In this document: in pieces, positions 10,125-20,322 of the stretch
Layout: every line of letters starts with the position of its first letter
Numbering within the stretch: position 1 is the stretch's first letter
Assembly (NCBI GenBank): GCA_902775555.1
Contig: CACYMQ010000002.1
Coordinates: 42,794 to 106,793 of the forward strand
Source of the DNA: an uncultured Lachnospiraceae bacterium
Lineage (GTDB): Bacteria > Bacillota > Clostridia > Lachnospirales > Lachnospiraceae
Reading direction: 5' to 3'
DNA: 64,000 bases
The notes under the pieces: generated by a model
The model's input: only the letters and a program-made list of their open reading frames with translations
What the model was told of the DNA's origin: nothing
Databases searched by the model: none
Made by a program: the position numbers and the translations under genes

Positions 10125-11062
10125 GCTTTGCCTCCGGAGGGGATCTGTATATAGATTCCCATGCCATTTCCTGCTGTACTCTTTGCATAGATCGTTCCGC
10201 CATAATACTCAACGATCGCTCTTGCCTGGGCAAGCCCCAGTCCGTTACCGCTGATACGGTTGGAACCCTGATAATTCAGTTCAAAGATATATTTCGTCTC
10301 CTCCGTGGGAAGTCCTTCCCCGGTGTCCTTCAGCACGATAAAGATATCATCCCCGATGGTCGATATGGTGATGACCAGGGATCCGGCCCGGTTCATGTAC
10401 TTGATCGAATTATCAATGATATTCCGGAACAGGGTCAGGATCCTTCCCTGATCCGCCGTGACCAGAAGCGTATCCGTGGCGGAGGATACCGTGATATGCA
10501 GATTTGCCGCTTTTGCCTCCGCCAGCAGTGAATTCTTTGCCTGTTCGGCAACGGCTATGATATTTACGGTTTCTCTTCCGTCTCCGTCTCCCGTAACAGG
10601 AGGAAGAAGTGCACCGAAATCCTGTACCGGCTCACGTCTTTCCTTCTCACGCATATTTGCGATCTCCTGCTCCTTCTGCAGTTTCTCCTCCTCCAGCTTT
10701 CTAATCCTTGTCAGAAGATTGGAGGTCTCGTCCTTAAAGGATTCATTCTTATTTCGAAGACCTTCCACCTGCGCACGTATCTGTTCCAGCAGATTGTCCT
10801 TTTCCTTTACCTGCCCGGTCATCTCACGAAGCGCCTTATCCTTCTCGGCGATCTCGATCCCCACTTCCTGGTGATAGGTATTCAGGGACAGTGCCTTATC
10901 CACCTGATCCGAATAACAGATATAGCAAAAAGAGAAAAGGCACAGACTGTGAAGCACGAAAAATACAATGATGAATACCAGTGACAGGCAGAACATGCTG
11001 TAAATGGTGGCTGCAAAAAAGATGCAGGACCCGATCAAAAACAAGCGCTGTAATTTATACAT
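10121..11062 (-). CDS. Membrane-bound HATPase_c kinase-like protein lacking a HisKA H-box
   Basis: N-terminal TMs and coiled coil; N box NIIDNSIKY, G1 DTGEG, F box IFE, G2 GNGLGL. No His in a phospho-acceptor context. Confidence 0.82.
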   Translation of the reverse strand: MYKLQRLFLIGSCIFFAATIYSMFCLSLVFIIVFFVLHSLCLFSFCYICYSDQVDKALSLNTYHQEVGIEIAEKDKALREMTGQVKEKDNLLEQIRAQVEGLRNKNESFKDETSNLLTRIRKLEEEKLQKEQEIANMREKERREPVQDFGALLPPVTGDGDGRETVNIIAVAEQAKNSLLAEAKAANLHITVSSATDTLLVTADQGRILTLFRNIIDNSIKYMNRAGSLVITISTIGDDIFIVLKDTGEGLPTEETKYIFELNYQGSNRISGNGLGLAQARAIVEYYGGTIYAKSTAGNGMGIYIQIPSGGKA

Positions 11063-11095
11063 AGAGTATATGACCTCCTTAAGTGATACCTGATC

Positions 11096-11395
11096 TTACC
11101 TTATCTCCAGGATCGATAGAAAACCCGTAACCCTGAATACTTCCATCACCTGAGGCTGCGCATTGATTATGATCTGCTTTCCTCCCTTGGACCTGGCCGT
11201 CTTCTCCCCCAGTACAAGCGCGCGAAGTCCTGCACTGGACATATAGGAGACCTCAGCCAGATTTATGATCACATAATTACTCTTTGTAAATGCCTTCAGT
11301 ACAAGGTTCTGGAACTCATCACTGCAGACCGCATCGATCCTCCCCGCTACATCCAGCTGGAGCATATCCTCTTTCTGTATCTCTTCAAAATACAT
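11096..11395 (-). CDS. STAS domain protein (anti-sigma antagonist, SpoIIAA/RsbV-like)
   Basis: 99 aa with VIINLAEVSYMSSAGLRALV (conserved phospho-Ser motif) and VFRVTGF. Confidence 0.92.
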   Translation of the reverse strand: MYFEEIQKEDMLQLDVAGRIDAVCSDEFQNLVLKAFTKSNYVIINLAEVSYMSSAGLRALVLGEKTARSKGGKQIIINAQPQVMEVFRVTGFLSILEIR

Positions 11396-11408
11396 AGTTT
11401 TCCCTCTC

Positions 11409-12503
11409 TTATTTCAGTATCACCGTTCCATCCATTGAAAGGCCGCTGTCCAGCTCAGCCTCCTGTTCCTTCGGCAGCCTGGAATTGATATCCAGATACG
11501 TTCTGGAATCCGCTGTCGGTATCTCATCCATCTGAACTATGCTGATCCTGGTACGGATCGGCTTAAACTGGTTCAGCATGAATACGATCTTGTGTCTCAG
11601 TTCTTCTGTCAGTTTTCCGGGGACCATGACCGTTACATCGTAGATCCCCTGTACCTGAAATCCGTCCGGGACATCGATCCTGTCCTCATTGATCCAGGAC
11701 CGGATCCGATTGTGTTCGATCACCACGGCCGGTTCACCGAGGATGATCTCAAGGACTCTCCGGATGACCGTTTTCGTACCCTTCAGCCGGTTCAGCAGAT
11801 AGGCTTCACGAACGAACTGACGCATCATATGTTCATCCAGGGATCCCCCCTCCAGGTCGATGCCGACCCAGGATCCGTAAACGGGAAGCAGTTCCTTCGG
11901 ACAGACATCCGGATCCAGAAGCTTCGGCAGGTCCCTGATATCCTGTTCAAAATCATTGTAGATACTGGAAAAAACAGAGAGGAATCTGTGAAAGAAGCTG
12001 TTTCTCTCTCTGTAAACCTGTGGAAATGTGGCCATAAAATTATCGCCCGTAGAGTCCACGACCATATTGGATATCCTGAGATGCCCTTCTCCCGCAACAA
12101 GGATCGCGATGTAGAGATACTGCCCCTTCTGCTCATAGAGCAGGATATCCGATCTACCGATGAACCGGGTCGCTCCCTGACTCAGAAGCAGATCCTTCTT
12201 GTCCTCAGAGGAGATATCGGGATTTGTCAGCAGCAGATCCAGATCGATCATGCTGCCCCCGATATTTCTTCTTCTGTCATTCACGGCCAGAACATAAACA
12301 CCGTATGTCCGGTCTTCCGAACATTCCGCTTCGAAGGACAGTCTCCCCCACTCCGCATCCGGTCTTACCCCGTCCAGTCCGCGGAGAAAGATCCCCGGCG
12401 AATCCGACGAAGGGATCAGCTCGAGGGTTGCGGAATCGTCACAGGAAAATCCCGTGATATAACCGGCCTTTATTCTGTTTTTTCGTATCGTATATTTTGC
12501 CAT
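11409..12503 (-). CDS. Phage-tail/baseplate wedge protein (P2 gpI-like C-terminal domain)
   Basis: FPQVY…FFHRFLSVF…LLDPDVCPKELLPVYGSWVG…LKGTK motif; follows two baseplate J-like genes. Confidence 0.75.
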   Translation of the reverse strand: MAKYTIRKNRIKAGYITGFSCDDSATLELIPSSDSPGIFLRGLDGVRPDAEWGRLSFEAECSEDRTYGVYVLAVNDRRRNIGGSMIDLDLLLTNPDISSEDKKDLLLSQGATRFIGRSDILLYEQKGQYLYIAILVAGEGHLRISNMVVDSTGDNFMATFPQVYRERNSFFHRFLSVFSSIYNDFEQDIRDLPKLLDPDVCPKELLPVYGSWVGIDLEGGSLDEHMMRQFVREAYLLNRLKGTKTVIRRVLEIILGEPAVVIEHNRIRSWINEDRIDVPDGFQVQGIYDVTVMVPGKLTEELRHKIVFMLNQFKPIRTRISIVQMDEIPTADSRTYLDINSRLPKEQEAELDSGLSMDGTVILK

Positions 12504-12504
12504 A

Positions 12505-14613
12505 TCACTTTACCGCTATTGATGTGAGCATCGTTTCCAGCTGGATCTGCTTCGGATACAGAAGGCAGTTTTCCGCCGGATAGATATTGGAATCCCTGAG
12601 CTTTGCATATTTCAGGTTCTCCGGCTGCATATAGAGATCATAGACATAATCCACACATTCCAGACTTTCTATACCGGAAAATACTTCTTCAAAGGTAAGA
12701 GGATCCCCGAAGTTCTTCTCACCGTCGATATAACTGAACAACGAACGGATCCTTTCCTCGATCTGCTCCCTGCTGTTGGAATACCTGCGCTTGACATACA
12801 CGGTCAGCTGCACGGATACTCCCACGTAAACCGGAGGCAGGATCTGGAATCTGGTCGTAAGGAGTCTTCGCTCCGCCAGCTCCCTGGTGATCGCATCCAT
12901 ATACTGTTTGGAAAGACGCGGGAACTCCTCATCCGTTCCGGGCAGTACCGAGATGTGGACCATATTGTCGAGTTCATCCATGACCGCCCGGATCTTTCGG
13001 ATACAAAGCCCGGGAACCGAAGCGACCGCATTTTCATAATCCTCTGCCGTGATACAGGTATAAGGCGTATAAACATCCTGTCGGAATCGGACCTTTACTT
13101 CCTCCAGGGTTTCCCGGAATGCTCCTCCGGTACCTGATCCGGGATTATAGAAGATCGGTTTTTTACTGATATCGGGTGCCGTGAAGTAATTCCCGGCCCG
13201 GACATTCCCCTTCGGTCCCTCTGTAACTGCAATAGAACCGATGTATAACTCCGCACCGATAAAATCACCTGCATCCTCTATTACGATCCGTCCGTCATTT
13301 TCGAGGAGATGATAGGTCAGTGCCTCATCCTCCTTCTTGCCCGGCCTTACAAAATCGAAGGATTCTTCCCCGAAATCATCGACTCTTTTTGCGATCAGCA
13401 GAAAACTGTCCGGAACGATATGGGAGAAGGGTAGATCGATCTCCTGATCATCATAACCGATGACCCGTCCCACATGATACTGACGCATGACTTCTTCATT
13501 GTAGACTACGATCCTGACCGCATCCTTCACCTTGGAAGGTTCATAACCGAACAAGCGTCTGTCAAAGGTCAGGGTATACTCGCCGTTTCTTCCCTTCTCG
13601 CAAAGACAGTATCTGCCCCGTCGTCCGGTAGCGGTGGTAAGCTCGTACCGTCGATAGGAATCGCCCTTACTCTCCCTGCCGAAGCAGAGAACATACGACT
13701 CCCCTTTCATGGAGCTCTGCACCCGGATCCGTTCTGTCTTCTGAAAGGTCATGGCCATGGCACGTGTATCCTTCTGCCATACCTCAAAAAGGAAGGCATC
13801 GATCTGAATGATACATGGCCGGATATCATAATTTGCATTTGTCAGGGTTGCACGGATACAGTATCCGCTGAGTTCCCCCAGCTTATACTCGGCGTACCGC
13901 ATATCCGGCGGAAATTTCAGTTTGATCTCCCCGCTTTCCAGAAGGGCACCGGTGAAATCCTTTGCCTTCAGTTCCTGAAATCCGTCCTGCGTATAACATT
14001 CCCATTTGAAGGAGGCGAAAATATTATCTGACCGGTCCTTCAGCGGATTCCGATGATGATCGGAATTGATCCGGATAAAGAAGGAGGTCTCCGAACCGGG
14101 TTCCGGAAGAAAATCACAGATCAGATACAGGGAATCCCCGACCTTCGGTGAATCTCCGAACACCTTTGCCGGCAGGACAATTTCTCTGTCAAACAAATGC
14201 CCATGATCGTGAAAGGCCCCGTCATAAAAGGACCGGACACCAGTCAGATGGCATTCCCCCACGTCCTGCGCACGTTTCGTTTCAAAAACCATGTCTCCGA
14301 GGAAAAACCTCTGATTGTTGCATAAATGTGTTTTTTCGCGAAGTGCGTCCGCAGCAAGCAGGAGTCTGGCACATTTTCCCTTCCTTGCCTCAAATCCGAC
14401 CATTTTCAGAAGTGCTCGTCTTGTCTCATCACTTACCGATGAGATACGGGAACCCTGAAGGGCTTCAAAGAGGATAAGATTCTCCAGGATCGTTATGCCG
14501 GGATCTGATGGGTTGTGATTCGTCCATTCCTCCGCGATAAGAGGAATGGACGATATTGCATCTGCCATTCTCTCTTCATATGTTCTTCCGGTTGTTTCTT
14601 CCAGTCTAAGCAA
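12505..14613 (-). CDS. Baseplate J-like wedge protein (Afp11/Afp12-like)
   Basis: EWTNHNPSDPGITILE N-terminus; GGAFRETLEE…ITAEDYE…VPG…baseplate-J motif. Confidence 0.85.
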   Translation of the reverse strand: MLRLEETTGRTYEERMADAISSIPLIAEEWTNHNPSDPGITILENLILFEALQGSRISSVSDETRRALLKMVGFEARKGKCARLLLAADALREKTHLCNNQRFFLGDMVFETKRAQDVGECHLTGVRSFYDGAFHDHGHLFDREIVLPAKVFGDSPKVGDSLYLICDFLPEPGSETSFFIRINSDHHRNPLKDRSDNIFASFKWECYTQDGFQELKAKDFTGALLESGEIKLKFPPDMRYAEYKLGELSGYCIRATLTNANYDIRPCIIQIDAFLFEVWQKDTRAMAMTFQKTERIRVQSSMKGESYVLCFGRESKGDSYRRYELTTATGRRGRYCLCEKGRNGEYTLTFDRRLFGYEPSKVKDAVRIVVYNEEVMRQYHVGRVIGYDDQEIDLPFSHIVPDSFLLIAKRVDDFGEESFDFVRPGKKEDEALTYHLLENDGRIVIEDAGDFIGAELYIGSIAVTEGPKGNVRAGNYFTAPDISKKPIFYNPGSGTGGAFRETLEEVKVRFRQDVYTPYTCITAEDYENAVASVPGLCIRKIRAVMDELDNMVHISVLPGTDEEFPRLSKQYMDAITRELAERRLLTTRFQILPPVYVGVSVQLTVYVKRRYSNSREQIEERIRSLFSYIDGEKNFGDPLTFEEVFSGIESLECVDYVYDLYMQPENLKYAKLRDSNIYPAENCLLYPKQIQLETMLTSIAVK

Positions 14614-14614
14614 T

Positions 14615-17600
14615 TTAGACGTCCTCTCCTTCGTAATCGATATTTACCTTATGCTCCCCTGATCTTACGGCCATAAAAGGAGTCACCTGTACATCATCCA
14701 GATCCATGGTATGTTCCCCGCTCCTGTCCACATAATGAGCCGTTATGGTCGTTCGTTTGATCACCGCACGATTCTTCAGCATACCCAGCCTCATCTTGAT
14801 CTGCGGGCTCTTTGGAAGAATGCCGATGGGCCATCCCCCCGTCTCTTCTCCCTTCAGGGGATTGAGAAACTCCTTCAGTGTATTTATGATCATATGCTGG
14901 ATCTCAAAGCTGGCATCCTCATCCAGGACCGATGCCCATATGGAGACCGATACGGATACAAAGATCGGTTCCACAACATGGATATGCTCCTGGGAGATCG
15001 TCAGCGGTGACAGTTTTTTCAGATACTGCCGAAGCGGTCCGGATATCCGATGGAAGGAAAAAGAACCTTCCCGGAAATCCTTCATCAGGAGCACAAAGGA
15101 AATGTCCCCTGCAGCCTGCTTTCCGTCCACGGTTTCTCCGGGCACGGAGACCACCTGATCGATGCTGTCCGAGAAATTCAGGATCGAATAGACATAATCC
15201 TTATCCGATACCAGCCTTCCGCGGCTGCTCAGCAGATTTGCCCCGCGGCGAAAAGCCTGCGGGACGGTTTCCATATCCGCTCCGCCATATGCACGCACCG
15301 GATTATAAACCCGGTCAATATACAGTTCCGTACCAACGGTTTCATGGATCGCATCCGGCTCCACATTTCCCGCTGCGCCGTCGCTGGTCCGGACACGGAC
15401 CTTAAATGCCACGTCATCCGTCACTCTCGGCATCTTCGCCTTCACTCCGTCGGAGAAGATCAGCTCACCATTCATACGGTCGATCATATAACTCCTGGGA
15501 TCCGAAGCCGTATCAAAGCCGGCAGTCTCCTGCCACTTTACATAGACTGCAGAGATCCCTCCCAGCATGTCATGTTCCACACGGATATCTTCCGGCTGTT
15601 CCGAAAGCATACGGTCGATTTCTTCCTTCAGGATGCTGCGTTTCTCATTCACCCAGACCTCGGCATCCAGAATGCTCTTTCTTCCGAGGGAGAAATGCTG
15701 GTTCGGACTCGTATCGTCCAGATAGTAATCCACTTCCTTCTCCGTGGTGGTATTGGTGACAAAAACCACATTTGTCATAATACTGCGGATCTTCGGCAGG
15801 AACAGTCTGCTTTCATGCTCATCCTGCAGCTCCGCTCTCCGGATCCGGATCCAGATCCTTTTTTTCCCTTCCAGCGTAATGCTCTGCATATCCGAAGGGG
15901 GCATGAACACGACATTTCCGGTTCTTGAAAAATCCTTTGTGGAATCGATCACCTTGAGGGGTTTGAAACCATCCCCCGCACTATACTCATACCGGCATTT
16001 CATGGTGTTCATATTGATCTGGTCTTCCAGTTCAAAAAACAGACTGACGGGTCCGTTCTCCATGGGGTGGTTAAAACCGAGATAGAGCGCGTCATCATGA
16101 TAAGTGCCGCCGGATACGGCTGTAAATCTGCGGCCGGTCTTCAGCTGTTCCGTGATCTCATCCTTGACGGTACCTGAGATCCTGTATACCCGGTCCGGAT
16201 CTTCAAAATGTCCTTCATAAGTGAATGCAGCCCGAAACTGTCCGATCACGGGATAATGGTGGATCCCCGGTCTCAGGAAACAGTTATCCGACTTGATGAG
16301 CCGTATACGGACTGCCCGTCCGAAATAGGCTCCTGCCTGGATCCTTTCCCAGTCCGATGGACAGGTAAAGCTGATGGATATACTTCCCGCTCCGGCTCCC
16401 CCCAGCACTCCGGTCACATCCATGTCCACCGGAAGATTCTTCCATCCGATGCCATTGAAATACTCCATGCTGATCTCATCGGCAAAAGCCTCTGCCGGGA
16501 TCTCGGATGCCATCATTCTGGGTTTTCTCTTGATCACCTTGAGTTCTGCCTGCTCCTCCTGTCTGGTAAGATAAAGCCCCGTTTCCCTGTGGAGCACCTG
16601 AAAACTGAGTGTGATCCTGGCTCCGGCCTTGGAGAAATACAGGTCCTGTCCGACATAGCACTCATTATAAACGGAAAGCGTATCCGAGAAGGGTGCAAAT
16701 TCCTCAACAGACAGATCGTTGGTCCCGTCCGTAACAAAATCCGGGCATCGTTCTCTCCCCGAGGAGGAAAGCCCGATCCTGCTCAGTTCCTCAGCTGCAC
16801 GGACGACCCCCGCCGCCTCCAGAATGACCACTGCATAGCTTCTCCCGTTTATCACAAGGTGTCTGCATTTTTTCTCTTTGCTTACCTCGATAGTGACTCC
16901 GTCATCGGAAAAATGTACCTCGTCAAACTCACGGAAGCCGGCTGCCGAGTAATACTTCAGTACATACTCTTTGTTCTTCAGCCCCTCCATGATACCGTCA
17001 TTTCCCTCCAGACGGATATAGATCGGTTCACCCTCTATATCAAATAAGGATTCATGATAAAGCACCAGGGCACTTCGGGCGATATTATTATCTTCGGAAA
17101 AAAGCACAAAGGGCCTGAGCCGTCTGTTTATCCCGAAGGAGCGCCTTGCGTCCCCGGACGTCTCCGGATCCTCTGTCCTGCCGGGCTCCTCCTCCGTATC
17201 CCGGGATCTGTCCGGGACACCGTCCAGCAGCGGAACCGGTACATACTCTCCCAGCAGCGGAACGAAGGAACCATCCTCCCGGTCCGTCATAAATGCATCC
17301 GTGAGCCGGGAATTCGTGACATAGATCTCCTGATTTGTCTCAAAGATCACCTGCCCGCTCACCGTCTCTTCCGACCGGGCCACAAGCCGGGTCCCTTTCC
17401 TGATCTGTGTTCCGGGGATCGTATCCTCGATCAGTTCAAACTTCACCATACATCCCGCCGGCTTTGCCGCTTCCAGCGAAAGGTCCAGCATATTTACGAA
17501 TTCCGCATGGAAACGTTCCATAGACCGGTTTGCAAGATCGATATTCTCCTTCATCGATAACGCAAAGATTCTGGCGATGGCAGCTCCGATATCCGCATGC

Positions 17601-17692
17601 TCCGGGTCAAAATGCCATTCGGGCACATATCCGCGGCTCAGTTCACGTATTCGGTTTTCAATATCCTTTACGCTGCGGTTATCTATGTCCAA
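14615..17692 (-). CDS. Large baseplate J-like protein (Afp11-like)
   Basis: YVPEWHFD…DIGAAI…FVNMLDLSLEAAKPA N-terminus; IDRMNGELIFSDG; NPVRAYGGADMET…LSSRGRLVSDKDY. Confidence 0.87.
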   Translation of the reverse strand: MDIDNRSVKDIENRIRELSRGYVPEWHFDPEHADIGAAIARIFALSMKENIDLANRSMERFHAEFVNMLDLSLEAAKPAGCMVKFELIEDTIPGTQIRKGTRLVARSEETVSGQVIFETNQEIYVTNSRLTDAFMTDREDGSFVPLLGEYVPVPLLDGVPDRSRDTEEEPGRTEDPETSGDARRSFGINRRLRPFVLFSEDNNIARSALVLYHESLFDIEGEPIYIRLEGNDGIMEGLKNKEYVLKYYSAAGFREFDEVHFSDDGVTIEVSKEKKCRHLVINGRSYAVVILEAAGVVRAAEELSRIGLSSSGRERCPDFVTDGTNDLSVEEFAPFSDTLSVYNECYVGQDLYFSKAGARITLSFQVLHRETGLYLTRQEEQAELKVIKRKPRMMASEIPAEAFADEISMEYFNGIGWKNLPVDMDVTGVLGGAGAGSISISFTCPSDWERIQAGAYFGRAVRIRLIKSDNCFLRPGIHHYPVIGQFRAAFTYEGHFEDPDRVYRISGTVKDEITEQLKTGRRFTAVSGGTYHDDALYLGFNHPMENGPVSLFFELEDQINMNTMKCRYEYSAGDGFKPLKVIDSTKDFSRTGNVVFMPPSDMQSITLEGKKRIWIRIRRAELQDEHESRLFLPKIRSIMTNVVFVTNTTTEKEVDYYLDDTSPNQHFSLGRKSILDAEVWVNEKRSILKEEIDRMLSEQPEDIRVEHDMLGGISAVYVKWQETAGFDTASDPRSYMIDRMNGELIFSDGVKAKMPRVTDDVAFKVRVRTSDGAAGNVEPDAIHETVGTELYIDRVYNPVRAYGGADMETVPQAFRRGANLLSSRGRLVSDKDYVYSILNFSDSIDQVVSVPGETVDGKQAAGDISFVLLMKDFREGSFSFHRISGPLRQYLKKLSPLTISQEHIHVVEPIFVSVSVSIWASVLDEDASFEIQHMIINTLKEFLNPLKGEETGGWPIGILPKSPQIKMRLGMLKNRAVIKRTTITAHYVDRSGEHTMDLDDVQVTPFMAVRSGEHKVNIDYEGEDV

Positions 17693-18186
17693 CCCTCGTC
17701 GTCCTCCTTATCTGTTGTATCATCGTAATATACACGCTCCAGCGGTTCTCTTTCCTTCGTCTCTTCCGGTTCCGCACCCCTGTCAAGATAGAACGGAAAT
17801 ACCAGATTATCCCTGCTGTTCGTAGAGGCCACCAGATAATTCACATAAATGATCACGGCCCCCTTGTCCGCTCTGTATTCCGTTTCCACATCCACATCGG
17901 AGATACGCGGTTCGTTATGCATGATGGTCTGGGTCAGATCCCGCCTGAGGATCGACATCATGGTATTTGTCGTATCCATAAATGCATAATTCATCATATC
18001 GCTTCCGAAGTCCGGCCTCACGAGCCGCTCGGTGATCTGCGTCATCAGGATCAGGTACAGAGATTCTTTGACCGCTCTGTTTCCGGACACTGTCATGATC
18101 CGTCCGGTAGCAGGATCCACCTGAAGCGGAAATTTTGCGCCTGTACCCAGGAATTTACTTTCTTCCATGCTTCTACCTCTTAACAA
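17683..18186 (-). CDS. GPW/gp25 baseplate/sheath-initiator protein (Afp9-like)
   Basis: FLGTGAKFPL…VKESLYLILMT…ERLVRPDFGS…HNEPRI…NLVFPFYL. Confidence 0.9.
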   Translation of the reverse strand: MLRGRSMEESKFLGTGAKFPLQVDPATGRIMTVSGNRAVKESLYLILMTQITERLVRPDFGSDMMNYAFMDTTNTMMSILRRDLTQTIMHNEPRISDVDVETEYRADKGAVIIYVNYLVASTNSRDNLVFPFYLDRGAEPEETKEREPLERVYYDDTTDKEDDEGWT

Positions 18187-18209
18187 TCAACTTCCGGGGT
18201 CCCCCGCGG

Positions 18210-19100
18210 TTATCCCAGTTTGATGGGCATGCCTGCGACCTCCACCTTTCCGCTGCTGGCGATCTTTACGCCGCCGCTTCCCTCCAATGTAACATTGGAG
18301 CCCTTGAACTGCGCCTTACTGGAGCTTTCGACAGCCACTTCATCATTTGCCTTGACCGATACCTTCTTCGCCTGCAGGCTTACCTCCCCGGTCTCACCAT
18401 TCATGGTCAGGGTGATGTCATTGCCCACCTTAACGGTCAGCTTCTTCTCCGCTGTCACCTCGATATGGCCCTTCTCCGGATCCGTGCTGAGCCGGACGAA
18501 GTTCTTTGCTTCCTTATCCGAAAGCTCGATCACTTTCTTCTCATTGTTCAGTGTCAGTTTATGCATCTCCAGCGCGGTCCGGATGGTCATCACATCCTTC
18601 GCACCGGGTTCATCTCCGCCGCCACCGCCGGCTCCGCCTCCGCCTTGCTGGTCATCATTCTCCACGATATCCTCAAAGATGATGGCATTTCCGTTTCGGG
18701 TCACGATCTTCTTAAATTTATTCTTCTCGTCGATGGATCCGGTCAGGATCTTATCATTTGTTTTCGGGATGCAGCCGATCACATAGGCTCTTTCGATATT
18801 CCCTTCCTCAAATGCCACCAGCACCAGATCACCGACCTCCGGATTGAAATAGTGCCCCCAGGATCCGCCTGCGGAAGGCATGACAACCCTGGCCCACAGG
18901 ATCCGGGTACTGTCCGCCTCATCGCCTTCCCCTTCCCCCTGTTCACGGGAAAGCAGGATCACTGAGACCCGGCCCGGCATATCCTTGTCATAATTCTTTA
19001 CGACCTTGCCGAGCATGACACCCATGATGCGGGAATCACCGGTATCCGTTTTCTCCATTCTTTTTTTTGAGACATCCTCTATGATATCAAAGATCGCCAT
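18210..19100 (-). CDS. Spike protein (gp5/gpV-like OB fold plus beta-helix)
   Basis: GKVVKNYD…GRVSV…WARVVMPSAGGSWGHYFNPEVGDLVLVAFEEGNIERAYVIG, followed by beta-helix-like C-terminus. Confidence 0.88.
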   Translation of the reverse strand: MAIFDIIEDVSKKRMEKTDTGDSRIMGVMLGKVVKNYDKDMPGRVSVILLSREQGEGEGDEADSTRILWARVVMPSAGGSWGHYFNPEVGDLVLVAFEEGNIERAYVIGCIPKTNDKILTGSIDEKNKFKKIVTRNGNAIIFEDIVENDDQQGGGGAGGGGGDEPGAKDVMTIRTALEMHKLTLNNEKKVIELSDKEAKNFVRLSTDPEKGHIEVTAEKKLTVKVGNDITLTMNGETGEVSLQAKKVSVKANDEVAVESSSKAQFKGSNVTLEGSGGVKIASSGKVEVAGMPIKLG

Positions 19101-19149
19101 ACTATTCTTCCTCTGCTGACTCGATACTCATCCCGTGCGACACGGCATG

Positions 19150-20316
19150 TCATTTTCCGATGCTGTTGGCACAGCCTTCAAATGTGGTGCGGAAGCTCTT
19201 GCCCGCTACATATACATGTCTTACATTTGTAAGATAAAAATCATTATTGAGGGGTGTGCCGAAATCCTTCAGTGTTATGAATCTTCCGGGCACCATCTCC
19301 GGAAGTCCAAGATACTCTCCGGATATGCTTCCCAGATGATAATTCATGGTCTCCATCAGATAGGAAGCCCTGTATCCGGCTTCTTCCTTACTCTCCGTTG
19401 TCGGGTCGATATAGACAAGGGCCTGCTTCTCAATCAGGGGCTTGGCCTTGTTCCCGAGGGAGATCTTGCTGTTGCTGGATTTCTTGTCCCCGATATACTT
19501 TCCCTGCTCCATGTCAATGTTCCGGACCACGACCTCCTTCACAAGTCCGGTGATGTCATAGCCCACATCCACAGCGGTCAGTCCGTTGTTCGGGGTCAGC
19601 ACGATCAGCGGGTTGCTGTTCTTCTTGGCTTCGATAAAATAAAGGGTTTTCCCCACGGCAAAGAAATCAAAATTGTACCGCTTTGCCGCTTTCACCATAA
19701 AGTCATAATCGCTCTCTTCTACCATTTCCACTCTTTTGTCGGTGGTCTTATCCCCTCCGCCTCCGGCACCGGCAGGTTTGTCCGGCGTGGCACTGATATT
19801 CGTTTCCATGAACAGCGATCCCGAGGAGTCCCTTTCCTGGAAGATGGAATATCCGTCCAGGATCTCCTTTACGGCGTCGCTATAGTACTTTGCCTTCAGC
19901 CGCCTGGAATGCCGGTTGGCCATCATCAGCCCCTTTACATCCATGCAGGTAAGCTCAACGGTCGGTTTTTCATCCCCTCCGATATCGGGGACGACAAAAT
20001 GCACCTTTGCGATAAATCCGCGAAATACCTCCCGGACAGACATGGCATATCCCAGATATATGATGACGGTGGAGCCGAGAAACAGGAACTGCTTCGAATT
20101 CTTGATCTCAAAGCTCTTGCTGAGCTCATCATAAGCTCCCCCGAGGGTAATGGTCGCAATGGATGCCTCATATCCGGAGGTGAGTTCCACCTCGACCTCC
20201 TTCACGGAAAGGCTCTGCTTATCATCCAGCGCCTTTCCTCCGATGACCACACTCACCTTCGGCTCCCGAAAGTTCTCATATGTTTTTTTCAGATTTTTAA
20301 ACTCAAATTCTGCCAT
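19150..20316 (-). CDS. Baseplate hub (phage late control D/gp27-like; VgrG N-terminal equivalent)
   Basis: FLFLGSTVIIYLGY…VFRGFI; ESDYDFMVKAAKRYNF; GLPEMVPGRFITLKDFG…FYLTNVRH. Confidence 0.85.
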   Translation of the reverse strand: MAEFEFKNLKKTYENFREPKVSVVIGGKALDDKQSLSVKEVEVELTSGYEASIATITLGGAYDELSKSFEIKNSKQFLFLGSTVIIYLGYAMSVREVFRGFIAKVHFVVPDIGGDEKPTVELTCMDVKGLMMANRHSRRLKAKYYSDAVKEILDGYSIFQERDSSGSLFMETNISATPDKPAGAGGGGDKTTDKRVEMVEESDYDFMVKAAKRYNFDFFAVGKTLYFIEAKKNSNPLIVLTPNNGLTAVDVGYDITGLVKEVVVRNIDMEQGKYIGDKKSSNSKISLGNKAKPLIEKQALVYIDPTTESKEEAGYRASYLMETMNYHLGSISGEYLGLPEMVPGRFITLKDFGTPLNNDFYLTNVRHVYVAGKSFRTTFEGCANSIGK

Positions 20317-20322
20317 ACTGTC

